A DNA stretch of 64,000 nucleotides from Acidimicrobiaceae bacterium (GTDB lineage Bacteria > Actinomycetota > Acidimicrobiia > Acidimicrobiales > Palsa-688): positions 8,657-72,656 of the forward strand of contig PMWT01000073.1 of assembly GCA_003166025.1 (NCBI GenBank). The letters run 5' to 3'. Positions 19,690-27,909 of the stretch are shown here, in pieces. Both the position numbers and the translations under genes were made by a program. The number at the start of each line of letters is the position of its first letter. Positions within the stretch are counted from its first letter, which is position 1. The notes under the pieces were generated by a model. It did not search any database. It worked only from the letters and a program-made list of their open reading frames with translations, and was not told where the DNA came from.

Positions 19690-20719
19690 CCAGCCGCCCG
19701 ACGTCGCGTAGGTGGCGAAGGGACAAGGCGTACGAGCGGACCAGCGAAGTCTCGCAGTAATCGATGCCGTGGGCCGAGCAGTAGGTCCTCACCATCCCCT
19801 GGCACCGGCGAAGATTGGCCATCGGCATGGTCGGGAACAGGTGGTGTTCGATCTGGTAATTGAGGCCCCCCATGGCCACGTCAAGTGCCCTTCCACCTCT
19901 CACATTGCGAGAGGTGGTGACCTGGCGGTGCACGAAGTCGAGCTTCTGGCCCGGCGCCGGCATGGCCATCCCCTTGTGGTTGGGAGCAAAGGCGCAGGCC
20001 AGGTACAACCCGAAGACGCCCTGCTGCACGGCGATGAAGGCCAACGCGCGCCACGGCGACATGACCACGAAGACCACCCCTAGGTACACGGCGGCATGAG
20101 CGACGAGCAGGGCGGCCTCGGTGGGCGTGTGCCGCACCGGCTTGGTGCCCAGGGACCGAGCGCTCGAGACGTGCAGGCTCAGCGCCTCCAGGCACGCCAG
20201 GGGGAAGAACAGGGCGGCCTGGTGCCTGGCCACCACCCGGCCCAGGCCGGTCTTGGCGCCGGCCTGCTCGGCCGTCCAGGAGATCACGCCGGCACCGACA
20301 TCGGGGTCGGCCCCGATCTCGTTGGGGTGGCTGTGGTGACGGTTGTGCTTGTCGACCCAGTACCCGTAGCTGATGCCCGTGGCCAGATCGGCGCAGGCCA
20401 GCCCGGCGAAGTTGTTCCACCGGCGCGAAGCGAACACCTGGCGGTGGCCGATGTCGTGGCCCAGGAAACCGACCTGAGCGAACACGACGGCGAGGTAGGC
20501 GGCTATGAGCAGCTGGTACCACGAGTTGCCGACAAGGGCCAGGGCGGCCCAACCGGCAGCGTAGAGGCCGCACACCAGGGTCACTCTCACCCCGTCCCGC
20601 CAGGGGGAATGCTGGAACAGGCCGGCGGCGCGGACCTGGTGGGCCAGGTCTAGGTAACTGTCATTGCCCGCCCGCGGCGCCGAGGGGGGCGCAATGGACA
20701 TGGGGGCGGTCACGGGCAC
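19676..20719 (-). CDS. Membrane fatty-acid desaturase (three His-box family)
   Basis: The His boxes are HDIGHRQ, HNRHHSHPN and QIEHHLFP, with flanking hydrophobic segments. An alternative start is ATG 20701. Confidence 0.85.
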   Translation of the reverse strand: MPVTAPMSIAPPSAPRAGNDSYLDLAHQVRAAGLFQHSPWRDGVRVTLVCGLYAAGWAALALVGNSWYQLLIAAYLAVVFAQVGFLGHDIGHRQVFASRRWNNFAGLACADLATGISYGYWVDKHNRHHSHPNEIGADPDVGAGVISWTAEQAGAKTGLGRVVARHQAALFFPLACLEALSLHVSSARSLGTKPVRHTPTEAALLVAHAAVYLGVVFVVMSPWRALAFIAVQQGVFGLYLACAFAPNHKGMAMPAPGQKLDFVHRQVTTSRNVRGGRALDVAMGGLNYQIEHHLFPTMPMANLRRCQGMVRTYCSAHGIDYCETSLVRSYALSLRHLRDVGRLARQP

Positions 20720-20898
20720 ACCGTCAACAGACCGCGGTGAGCGAGGGCGGCGAAGCCAAGCCCGGTGACCGACTCAGGAAGCCTCCCGCACCACATGGTG
20801 TCCTTTACCGTCGCAACTGGCGACGTAGCCAGGAAGCCCTCTTGGTCGAAGGTTGGCTCCAATATACACGGGGCGCGAACGGAGTAGACCTAGTAGCG

Positions 20899-21654
20899 AT
20901 GGCCGCCAGCGAAGACGCCCCCGCCCGCCCCGCGGGGCCTGCCACGGATCTGATCGTCGACCTCACCCAGACGGCTCAGGGCCTTTTCCGGGCCGGGGGG
21001 GTCGAACTGACGCTCCAGGCCGTGGTCGACCTGGCCGTAGCCACCATCGAGGGCTGTGACTTTGCCGGCGTGTTCGTGCTCAAGGCCGGGAAGGTCACCA
21101 CCCCCGTGAAAACCGACGCAATGGTTGCTCAATTGGACGATTGCCAGATCGGCGGAAAGCAAGGGCCGTGCCTGGACTGCATGGCCGAAGGGACCGCCGT
21201 CTACGCCGAGGACCTGGCCAGGGATCCCAGATGGCCCAATTTCGGCCCGGAGGCCGCCGGGTCCGGCGTGCGCAGCGTCCTGGCCCTGTGCCTGGTGGGC
21301 GAGGGCACGGTGATCGGGGCGCTCAACCTCTACGCCCGCTTCCCCCTGGCCTTCGGGGCCGTGGACCGCGCCCGGGGCCTTGTCCTGGCCGGCTTGGCCG
21401 GCCTGGCCCTGTCCGTGGCGGAGGCCCACGACGAGGAACTGCGCCGGGCCGAGAACCTGCGCCAGGCGCTTGTCACGCGCCAGCTGATCGGCCAGGCGCA
21501 GGGGATCCTGATGGAGCGGGAGCGGATCACTGCCGGGCAGGCCTTCGACATCCTGCGCCGGGCTTCACAACATCTGAACACCAAGTTACGCGAGGTTGCC
21601 CAGGAACTGGTCGAGACCGGTGAACGGCCTTCGACCGGGAACCCTAGCCCCTAG
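20899..21654 (+). CDS. GAF-ANTAR RNA-binding antitermination-type regulator
   Basis: A GAF-like N-terminus (GCDFAGVFVL...GALNLY) is followed by ANTAR (LVTRQLIGQAQGILMERERITAGQAFDILRRASQHLNTKLREVA). I placed the start at ATG 20899. Confidence 0.8.
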   Translation: MAASEDAPARPAGPATDLIVDLTQTAQGLFRAGGVELTLQAVVDLAVATIEGCDFAGVFVLKAGKVTTPVKTDAMVAQLDDCQIGGKQGPCLDCMAEGTAVYAEDLARDPRWPNFGPEAAGSGVRSVLALCLVGEGTVIGALNLYARFPLAFGAVDRARGLVLAGLAGLALSVAEAHDEELRRAENLRQALVTRQLIGQAQGILMERERITAGQAFDILRRASQHLNTKLREVAQELVETGERPSTGNPSP

Positions 21655-21677
21655 TGCCCGGCGCCTAGTGCCCGGCC
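21650..21677. repeat. 14-bp tandem duplication CCTAGTGCCCGGC(G/C) x2 at the GAF-ANTAR stop codon
   Basis: The copies are 21650-21663 and 21664-21677, identical at 13 of 14 positions. The first copy contains the TAG stop at 21652-21654. Confidence 0.9.
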
Positions 21678-21688
21678 CCGGTTGGCGA

Positions 21689-22096
21689 TCAGTCCTTTCG
21701 GACCAGCTCGACGACCGGGATGACCCGCGTCGTCTTGGCCTCGTACTCGGCAAAGCCGGGGTAACGGCGAGCTTGCTCTGCGTAGATGCGGTCCCGCTCG
21801 GCCCGGTCGACGGGTTTTGCCTGCGCAGTGTAAGTCTCGGTGCCGACCTCCAGCTTGACCTCGGGATGGGCCACCAGGTTGCGGTACCAGTCCGGGTCGG
21901 TGTCCGCGCCGGCTTTGGAGGCGAAGACGAAACGGCGCCCGTCGAGGTCCAGGTACATCATGGGGTTGACCCGCGCGTGGCCCGTCTTCGCCCCCACCGT
22001 GTGCAGCAAAAGCAAGGGAGCCCCGTCGAACTGCCCGCCGACCCGGCCCTCGTTGGCCCGGAACTCCTCGATGATCTGGACGTTCCAATCGCTCAT
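21689..22096 (-). CDS. Deazaflavin (F420)-dependent nitroreductase-family protein (Ddn/DUF385-like)
   Basis: 135 aa: IIEEFRANEGRVGG, LLLLHTVGAKTGHARVNPMMY, DPDWYRNLVAHPEV. Confidence 0.75.
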   Translation of the reverse strand: MSDWNVQIIEEFRANEGRVGGQFDGAPLLLLHTVGAKTGHARVNPMMYLDLDGRRFVFASKAGADTDPDWYRNLVAHPEVKLEVGTETYTAQAKPVDRAERDRIYAEQARRYPGFAEYEAKTTRVIPVVELVRKD

Positions 22097-22113
22097 TATT
22101 CCTCCGTTTTTTC

Positions 22114-22950
22114 ATGCCAGAGCTTGGTCCTGCCAGGTTACCGATTTGTCCCAAGGGCGTGTGGTTAGGCTCAGTAGCCGTGCCCGCTGAGACTTGCTCC
22201 GTCTCTGTCGTCGTGCCGACGCGCAACGAGGCCGCCAACGTCGGCCCCCTGGCGGCACGCCTGGCCGAGACGCTGAAGGATGTCGAGGGGGGCTGGGAGC
22301 TGCTTTTCGTCGACGACTCCGACGACCCCACCCCCGGCGCGGTGGGGAGCTTGAGACGCCTCGGGTTGCCGGTCGAGCTTCTGCACCGGCCCCCTGGCGC
22401 CCGCCACGGCGGCCTTGGCGGCGCCGTCCAGGAGGGGTTCGCCAGGGTGAGGGGCACGGTCATCGTGGTGATGGACGCCGACCTGCAGCACCCCCCCGAG
22501 GTCGTGCCGGCCCTGGTGGCACCGGTCCTGGCCGGTGAGGCGGCCCTGGTCGCCGGGAGCCGCTATGTCTGGGCGGGCGGGGACGCCGGGTTGTCAGGGC
22601 CATGGCGCCACCTGGTGTCCCGGTCGTGCCGCATGCTCGTCCATCTTCTCGTACCGCCCAGCCGGCCGTTGCAGGATCCTCTGAGCGGCCTGTTCGCCCT
22701 ACAAAGATCGCTTTTGGACGGGGTGGCCCTGCGGCCAGAGGGCTACAAGATCCTCTTGGAAGTGGTCGTGCGGGCGCGGCCGGAACGGGTCGGCAACGTC
22801 GGTTTCGACTTTGCCCCCCGCCATGCCGGGAGCTCGAAGGCGACCGTACGCCAGGGCATGCTGTTCTTCAAGCACCTCGCCCGCCTGGTCGTGGCCGGCC
22901 GGCGCGCCGGGCCGGGCCAACCCGTTGCCCAGGTGCCGTTGTCGTCCTAG
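22114..22950 (+). CDS. GT2 glycosyltransferase, polyprenyl-phosphate sugar synthase (DPM1/Ppm1)-like
   Basis: VSVVVPTRNEAANV, FVDDSDD, VVMDADLQHPP. The start is uncertain: only 17 nt separate ATG 22114 from the divergent gene, and in-frame GTGs lie downstream. Confidence 0.75.
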   Translation: MPELGPARLPICPKGVWLGSVAVPAETCSVSVVVPTRNEAANVGPLAARLAETLKDVEGGWELLFVDDSDDPTPGAVGSLRRLGLPVELLHRPPGARHGGLGGAVQEGFARVRGTVIVVMDADLQHPPEVVPALVAPVLAGEAALVAGSRYVWAGGDAGLSGPWRHLVSRSCRMLVHLLVPPSRPLQDPLSGLFALQRSLLDGVALRPEGYKILLEVVVRARPERVGNVGFDFAPRHAGSSKATVRQGMLFFKHLARLVVAGRRAGPGQPVAQVPLSS

Positions 22951-24497
22951 CTCTTGCGCTGGTACAGCACGTAATTAGCGTTGCGAGCCACGACCTTGAA
23001 CTCCGGCACCAGCTCGTCGAAGGTCTCCACCCAGGGAGAAGAACCCTGGTTGCAGGAGATGCAGGCGGGGAGCACGAGGTACTGCACCTGCGACGAAAAG
23101 GGCCAGTCCGTGCCGTCGTACTTGGGGTTGCCGTAGTACGCCTGGTGGAACGGGTTGGGCCACATGTACACCCGGGTGCGGTGGTCCAAATCGGGCACGA
23201 ACTCTTCCACGGCGGACACGACCGCATTGGGCGGCACTTTGCTGAGCAACTGGCGGTCGCTCACGAACGTCGGCGAATTGGCGCTGGGGATACTGGGTTT
23301 TACGTCGGAGAAAGGAGACGCGCCCCACAGGATGCACGACCAGAGCGCGCACAATAACACGAGCGAGGTTGCGACCTGTCGCCACCAGAGGGTGCGCAAC
23401 CGCGATATGGCGTAGACGGTGCCACAGATGAGTATGGGGACGAGCGGCATCGTGTAGTGGTAGAGGATCTGGTGCTGGTAACCGAAGTCCGACACCACGT
23501 TGACGGCCAGTTGGAGGATGCAGATGGCGGCGATCTCCGGCGCAGCCAGGAACACCAAGCCCGTGCTGAAACCCATCTGCCACAAGTACCACGGCCGGTC
23601 CTGGGAGGTTATGTAGCTCCAAAACTGGCCCGGCGTACGCACGATTGCCCGCAGAGTGCCCCCGAACCCGCCGAAGGGGAGCCGCCCCCCGTGGGCACTC
23701 GCGTAGCCGATGAGCGCCGGCACGAGGATGACGTTGTCGAAGCCCGCCATGAGCGCCGACGCTCCGATAAGGGCCCCGCCCACCTTGCGGTCCCGTCGCA
23801 AGAGGGCCCACAGCGCGAGAGGGACCGTGTACAGCGCCGCGTCCTCCTTGCACATGAGCACCAGGACGACGCAGAGGATGAACAGGCGCGGCCTCCATAC
23901 GACGGCGGCATAGATGCCCAAAGCCAGCAGCGGGGTCTCGAAGCACTCCACGTGGAACTGTTCGAGGTTGGTCTGTTGCAACGCCGGGTTGAGCAGGTAG
24001 GCCGCCGCCAGACAGGTGGCCAGGGCCCAACTACGCAGAAGGTAACGGGCGAGCAGGTAGACGGGCACTGCGCCCAGCGCGATGAGCACCGATTGGACCA
24101 CGAGCAACGTCTCGGTATGAGGGAACACCCAGTACACCGGGACCAGGAGCAGGTATATGAACGAAGGGTGGTCGCCGAAAAGGTTGCGGCCGGCCACGGT
24201 GAGAAAAGGGTCGTGGAACCGGCTCAGTAGCCAAATGCCCTGGTCCGGTATGGCCATATCGAAGGCGGGTTGTTCGTAGGCGTGCAGCATGGCGACCGTG
24301 ATGGCGCTGAAGTGTTCGGCGTAGGCCACGACCAGGGCCACCAGGGGGACGTGTTGCAACCAGGCCGGGGCGGGGCGCCTGGTCGAGGCCGGGCCGGCGT
24401 TGGACGCCGGCGCGGGCGGTCCGAGCGGGACAGGAGCGCCGTCATCGCCGGCCCGCTCGGCCGGGGCCACGACCTGGTGCCCGTCGCTGTCAAGCAT
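22947..24497 (-). CDS. DUF2079-like polytopic membrane protein (putative GT-C-type transferase)
   Basis: There are about 12 hydrophobic helices and a soluble C-terminal domain, with motif-level resemblance to DUF2079 (GDHPSFIYLLLVPVYW, ILYHYTMPLVP). Candidate starts are ATG 24497 and GTG 24533. The 3' end overlaps the convergent GT2 by 4 nt. Confidence 0.6.
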   Translation of the reverse strand: MLDSDGHQVVAPAERAGDDGAPVPLGPPAPASNAGPASTRRPAPAWLQHVPLVALVVAYAEHFSAITVAMLHAYEQPAFDMAIPDQGIWLLSRFHDPFLTVAGRNLFGDHPSFIYLLLVPVYWVFPHTETLLVVQSVLIALGAVPVYLLARYLLRSWALATCLAAAYLLNPALQQTNLEQFHVECFETPLLALGIYAAVVWRPRLFILCVVLVLMCKEDAALYTVPLALWALLRRDRKVGGALIGASALMAGFDNVILVPALIGYASAHGGRLPFGGFGGTLRAIVRTPGQFWSYITSQDRPWYLWQMGFSTGLVFLAAPEIAAICILQLAVNVVSDFGYQHQILYHYTMPLVPILICGTVYAISRLRTLWWRQVATSLVLLCALWSCILWGASPFSDVKPSIPSANSPTFVSDRQLLSKVPPNAVVSAVEEFVPDLDHRTRVYMWPNPFHQAYYGNPKYDGTDWPFSSQVQYLVLPACISCNQGSSPWVETFDELVPEFKVVARNANYVLYQRKS

Positions 24498-24566
24498 CCT
24501 CAACCACTTTACGGGCCCGGCCGGGGCCCCCACCGCCCGCCGAACCTACGTTCGAACAGGCTTCAG

Positions 24567-25352
24567 CTATGCGCGCTTGCCATGCCCGCCGCCCAGCGCC
24601 CGGTACAGCCAGGGCCAGCCACCGTGGAGCCGGGCCGCCAGGGCCAGCCACGCCGGTATGACCACGTCTTCCCGGCGCGTTTCGATGGCCCGCACGATGG
24701 CCTTGGCGACCGTGGCCGCGGGGATGGGCCGAGGCCAGGAATGCGTGTAGGGCCGGTTGCGGCGGAGGTAAAAGGGCGTGTCGACGGGACCGGGGCTGAC
24801 CAGGGTGACCGTCACCTGGTCGCTCGTCCACTCCGCCCTCAGGCTGTCGGCTAGTCCCTGCAGGCCGGCTTTGGCCGTGCTGTAAGCGACCTCTTCGGCC
24901 ACCCCGACCAGGCCGGCGATGGAGCCGACGAGCACGAGCTGGCCTCCGGTAACGCTTTTTCGGAGGTAGGGGGAGGCGGCGTGGGCCAGGTGCATGGGGG
25001 CCCGAAGGTTGATGTCGAGCAGAGCGTCGATCTCGGCCGGGGGCATCTGTTCGAAAAAGCCCAGCCATCCGGCGCCGGCATTGGAGACCACGACGTCGAG
25101 CCCGTCCAGCGTGGCCGCCGCTTGTTCGACAACGTCGGTAGGGGCGCCCGGCTCGATCAGGTCGCGGGCCACGGTGGCCTCGAAGTGGCCTGGCCCCGCC
25201 ACGACCACCCGGGCCAGTGCTGACGCGTCCCTTCCGGTGCCCACCACCCGGGCGCCGCGCTGGGCCAACAGCGAGCTCACGGCGGCGCCGATGCCGCTCG
25301 AGGCACCTGTGACGAGCACCCGGAGCCCGTCCAGCGGCCGGGAAGGGGGCAA
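24567..25352 (-). CDS. Classical short-chain dehydrogenase/reductase, last gene of the hopanoid operon
   Basis: TGASSGIG, NAGAG, YSTAKAG, and a Trp-rich C-terminal helix. TTG 25352 lies 4 nt after the hpnH stop. An alternative start is GTG 25319. Confidence 0.8.
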   Translation of the reverse strand: MPPSRPLDGLRVLVTGASSGIGAAVSSLLAQRGARVVGTGRDASALARVVVAGPGHFEATVARDLIEPGAPTDVVEQAAATLDGLDVVVSNAGAGWLGFFEQMPPAEIDALLDINLRAPMHLAHAASPYLRKSVTGGQLVLVGSIAGLVGVAEEVAYSTAKAGLQGLADSLRAEWTSDQVTVTLVSPGPVDTPFYLRRNRPYTHSWPRPIPAATVAKAIVRAIETRREDVVIPAWLALAARLHGGWPWLYRALGGGHGKRA

Positions 25353-25356
25353 TTGA

Positions 25357-26361
25357 TCAGCGGGCGTTTACAAGAGCGCGCAGGGACTGGCGCAAACTGC
25401 CCGTAGTGGCCAGGACGGCGCTGGGCTCGAACCCGCAATGGGCCATGCAATTGTGGCAGCGGGGGTCGCGGCCCCGGCCGTACTTGGACCAGTCGGTGGT
25501 CTCGATGAGCTCCTTGTACGTCTCGGTGTAACCGTCGGCCAGCAGGTAGCACGGCCGCTGCCAGCCGAAGACCGAGTAGGAGGGCACGCCCCAGGGGGTG
25601 CACTCGAACTCGACCTTTCCTTCCAGGAAGTCAAGGAAAAGTGGGCTGTGGTTAAGCCGCCAGTTTTTGCGCTTGCCCGCGAAGGCCTCCCTGAACAGCT
25701 TGGTCGACTGGTTGACGCCGAGGAAGTGCACCTGGTCCGGGGCTTTTTCGTAGGCGTACCCCGGAGAGATCATCATGGTGTCCACCTCGAGCTCGTCGTT
25801 CAGGAAGTCGAGCACCTCCTGCACCGTCTTGGGCGAGTCGGTGTCGAAAAAAGTCGTGTTGGTGGCGACGCGGAAGCCCTTTTCCTTGGCCGCCTTTATG
25901 GCGGCGACAGCCTTTTCGAAAACACCTTCCCGGCTGACGGACTCGTCGTGGCGCTCTTTCAGGCCATCGATGTGGATAACCCACGAAAAGGCGGGATGGG
26001 GCTTGAACCGGTCGAGCTTGCGTTCCAGCAGCAGGGCGTTGGTGCACAGGTAGACGAAGCGCTTGCGCTCGAGCAGGGCCTCGGTCATTTTCTCGATCTG
26101 GGGGTGCAGCAACGGCTCGCCCCCGGCGATCGACACCATGGGGGCCCCGCACTCCTCGATGGCGGCCACGGCCTGTTCGACCGAGAGGCGCTGGCGTAGT
26201 ACGTCGGTCGGGTACTGGATCTTGCCGCAACCATTGCACTCGAGGTTGCAGGCGAACAGCGGTTCGAGCTCGACGATGAGGGGGAACTTTTCCCGGCCAG
26301 CCAGTTTCTGGCGGGCGATATAACTGCCCACCTTGACGCTTTGGCGCAAAGGCACACCCAT
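25357..26361 (-). CDS. hpnH: Hopanoid radical-SAM protein HpnH (adenosylhopane synthase)
   Basis: The radical-SAM motif CNLECNGCG is present, with full-length resemblance to HpnH (KFPLIVELEPLFACN...GWQRPCYLL...RCHNCMAHCGFE). The ATG directly abuts the upstream TAA. Confidence 0.88.
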   Translation of the reverse strand: MGVPLRQSVKVGSYIARQKLAGREKFPLIVELEPLFACNLECNGCGKIQYPTDVLRQRLSVEQAVAAIEECGAPMVSIAGGEPLLHPQIEKMTEALLERKRFVYLCTNALLLERKLDRFKPHPAFSWVIHIDGLKERHDESVSREGVFEKAVAAIKAAKEKGFRVATNTTFFDTDSPKTVQEVLDFLNDELEVDTMMISPGYAYEKAPDQVHFLGVNQSTKLFREAFAGKRKNWRLNHSPLFLDFLEGKVEFECTPWGVPSYSVFGWQRPCYLLADGYTETYKELIETTDWSKYGRGRDPRCHNCMAHCGFEPSAVLATTGSLRQSLRALVNAR

Positions 26362-27909
26362 TTATCGGACCTCCGGAGGAAGGGGAAAGGACACGTTCTC
26401 ATGGCCGGTCGAGCGCTCCTCGATGGATATGGAGCCCAGCCCGGCCAGGCAATCGACGACTTGCTGTACGAGCTCGGGGGGTGCCGACGCGCCCGCCGTC
26501 ACACCCACGCGGCGCGCCCCGGCGAGCCAGGAGAGGCGCAGGTCCGCCTGGTTGTCGACCAGATGGGCGCGGGCCCCACAACGTCTGGCGACCTCGACCA
26601 AGCGGTTGGAATTGGACGAGTTGTGCGAGCCCACAACGATGACGACGTCGCAGTCAGGAGCCATTTCCCGCACCGCTTCTTGACGGTTTTGGCTGGCGTA
26701 ACAGATGTCCGACGCCGCCGGCCGGGCGAGGTCGGTGAAGTGCTGCTCGAGCGCGCCGACCACCGTCTTCACTTCGTCGGTGGCGAGCGTGGTCTGGGTC
26801 ACGAAAGCGGTGGGCTTGGTCGCGTCGAGCTCGAGGTGATCGACGTCATCGGGGACGCTGACCAGTTTTGTGCCCGGTACGATGCCCATTGTCCCTTCGA
26901 CCTCATCGTGCCCAGCATGGCCGATGAGGACGAGTTGGCGGCCGGCCGCGGCGAAACGACGGGCCTCGTTGTGGACTTTGGTCACGAGGGGGCACGTGGC
27001 GTCGATGGTGGGCATCTGGCGCCGCCTCGCCTCGTCGTGGACGCTGTTGCCCACCCCGTGGGCGGAGAACACGACTCGGGCCCCGTCGGGCACTTCCGCC
27101 AGTTCCTCCACGAACACGGCGCCGGCGGATTCCAGGCGGGAGACAACGTGCGCATTGTGGACTATTTGGCGGCGCACGTAGATAGGCGCGCCGTAGCGCT
27201 GCAGAGCCCGCTCGACCGTCTCGATGGCGCGCTCCACTCCGGCGCAGAACGACCTCGGTTCGGCCAGCAGTACCTGCCTCGGCCCGGCCGCCGCCGCCCA
27301 GTCGGCCAGCGCTCGCCGGCAGCGGCGCAGGCTGTGCAGCCCCTTGAGGGCGCCCACGACGCCGGCGGGGGAGAACAGCTCGGCGCCCGGCGAGTCGGAC
27401 ACAGCCCTCAGCACGGCTAGGGGCGCCCCCCAGTCGGCCCCGGCCAGGGCGGTCGACTCCATGTCCACGACATCGGCGCCCAGGGCCGCCAGCGCGGCCC
27501 GTTGGCTCCCGCTGACGAGGTGGCCGGTGCTCAGCACCGCCCCCGTGCGGGCGCGCAGGCCGTCCCTCACCAGCTCGCCGACGAGCAGCGGAGCAGAGGC
27601 CAACCGGGCCACCTCGCGGCCCTGGTCGTCGAGGAGGCGGTCGGCCACCACCACGTCGCCCGGCACCAGGCCCGGTGCCAGCGCACCCCCGAGGCCGGCC
27701 ACCACCACGGCGGCAGGGGGGCCCGGTACGGCGCTCAAACGTCGTGCCGACGCACCGGCCCGGGCCAGGCCCATGCCCGTTCGCTCGACGACCAGGTCCG
27801 CCGGCCCGACCTTGCCGCTCGGGCCGAGGGCCATGGCCTCGAGCCTCAGCGGCGCCAGGACCAACAGACGAGGGGCGCCGGCCGTTGTCACCCGGTTATG
27901 GCTTTGCAC
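26362..27909 (-). CDS. ispH: Fusion protein: HpnG-like PNP/UDP-family nucleosidase (N-terminal ~195 aa) plus IspH/LytB HMBPP reductase (C-terminal ~320 aa)
   Basis: N-terminal part: LLVLAPLRLEA, VVVAGLGGALAPGLVPGDVVVADRL, GADVVDMESTALA. C-terminal part: FCAGVERAIE, FSAHGV, DATCPLVTKVH, GHAGHDEVEGT, GSHNSSNSNRL. Candidate starts are GTG 27909 and GTG 27891. Confidence 0.8.
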   Translation of the reverse strand: MQSHNRVTTAGAPRLLVLAPLRLEAMALGPSGKVGPADLVVERTGMGLARAGASARRLSAVPGPPAAVVVAGLGGALAPGLVPGDVVVADRLLDDQGREVARLASAPLLVGELVRDGLRARTGAVLSTGHLVSGSQRAALAALGADVVDMESTALAGADWGAPLAVLRAVSDSPGAELFSPAGVVGALKGLHSLRRCRRALADWAAAAGPRQVLLAEPRSFCAGVERAIETVERALQRYGAPIYVRRQIVHNAHVVSRLESAGAVFVEELAEVPDGARVVFSAHGVGNSVHDEARRRQMPTIDATCPLVTKVHNEARRFAAAGRQLVLIGHAGHDEVEGTMGIVPGTKLVSVPDDVDHLELDATKPTAFVTQTTLATDEVKTVVGALEQHFTDLARPAASDICYASQNRQEAVREMAPDCDVVIVVGSHNSSNSNRLVEVARRCGARAHLVDNQADLRLSWLAGARRVGVTAGASAPPELVQQVVDCLAGLGSISIEERSTGHENVSFPLPPEVR

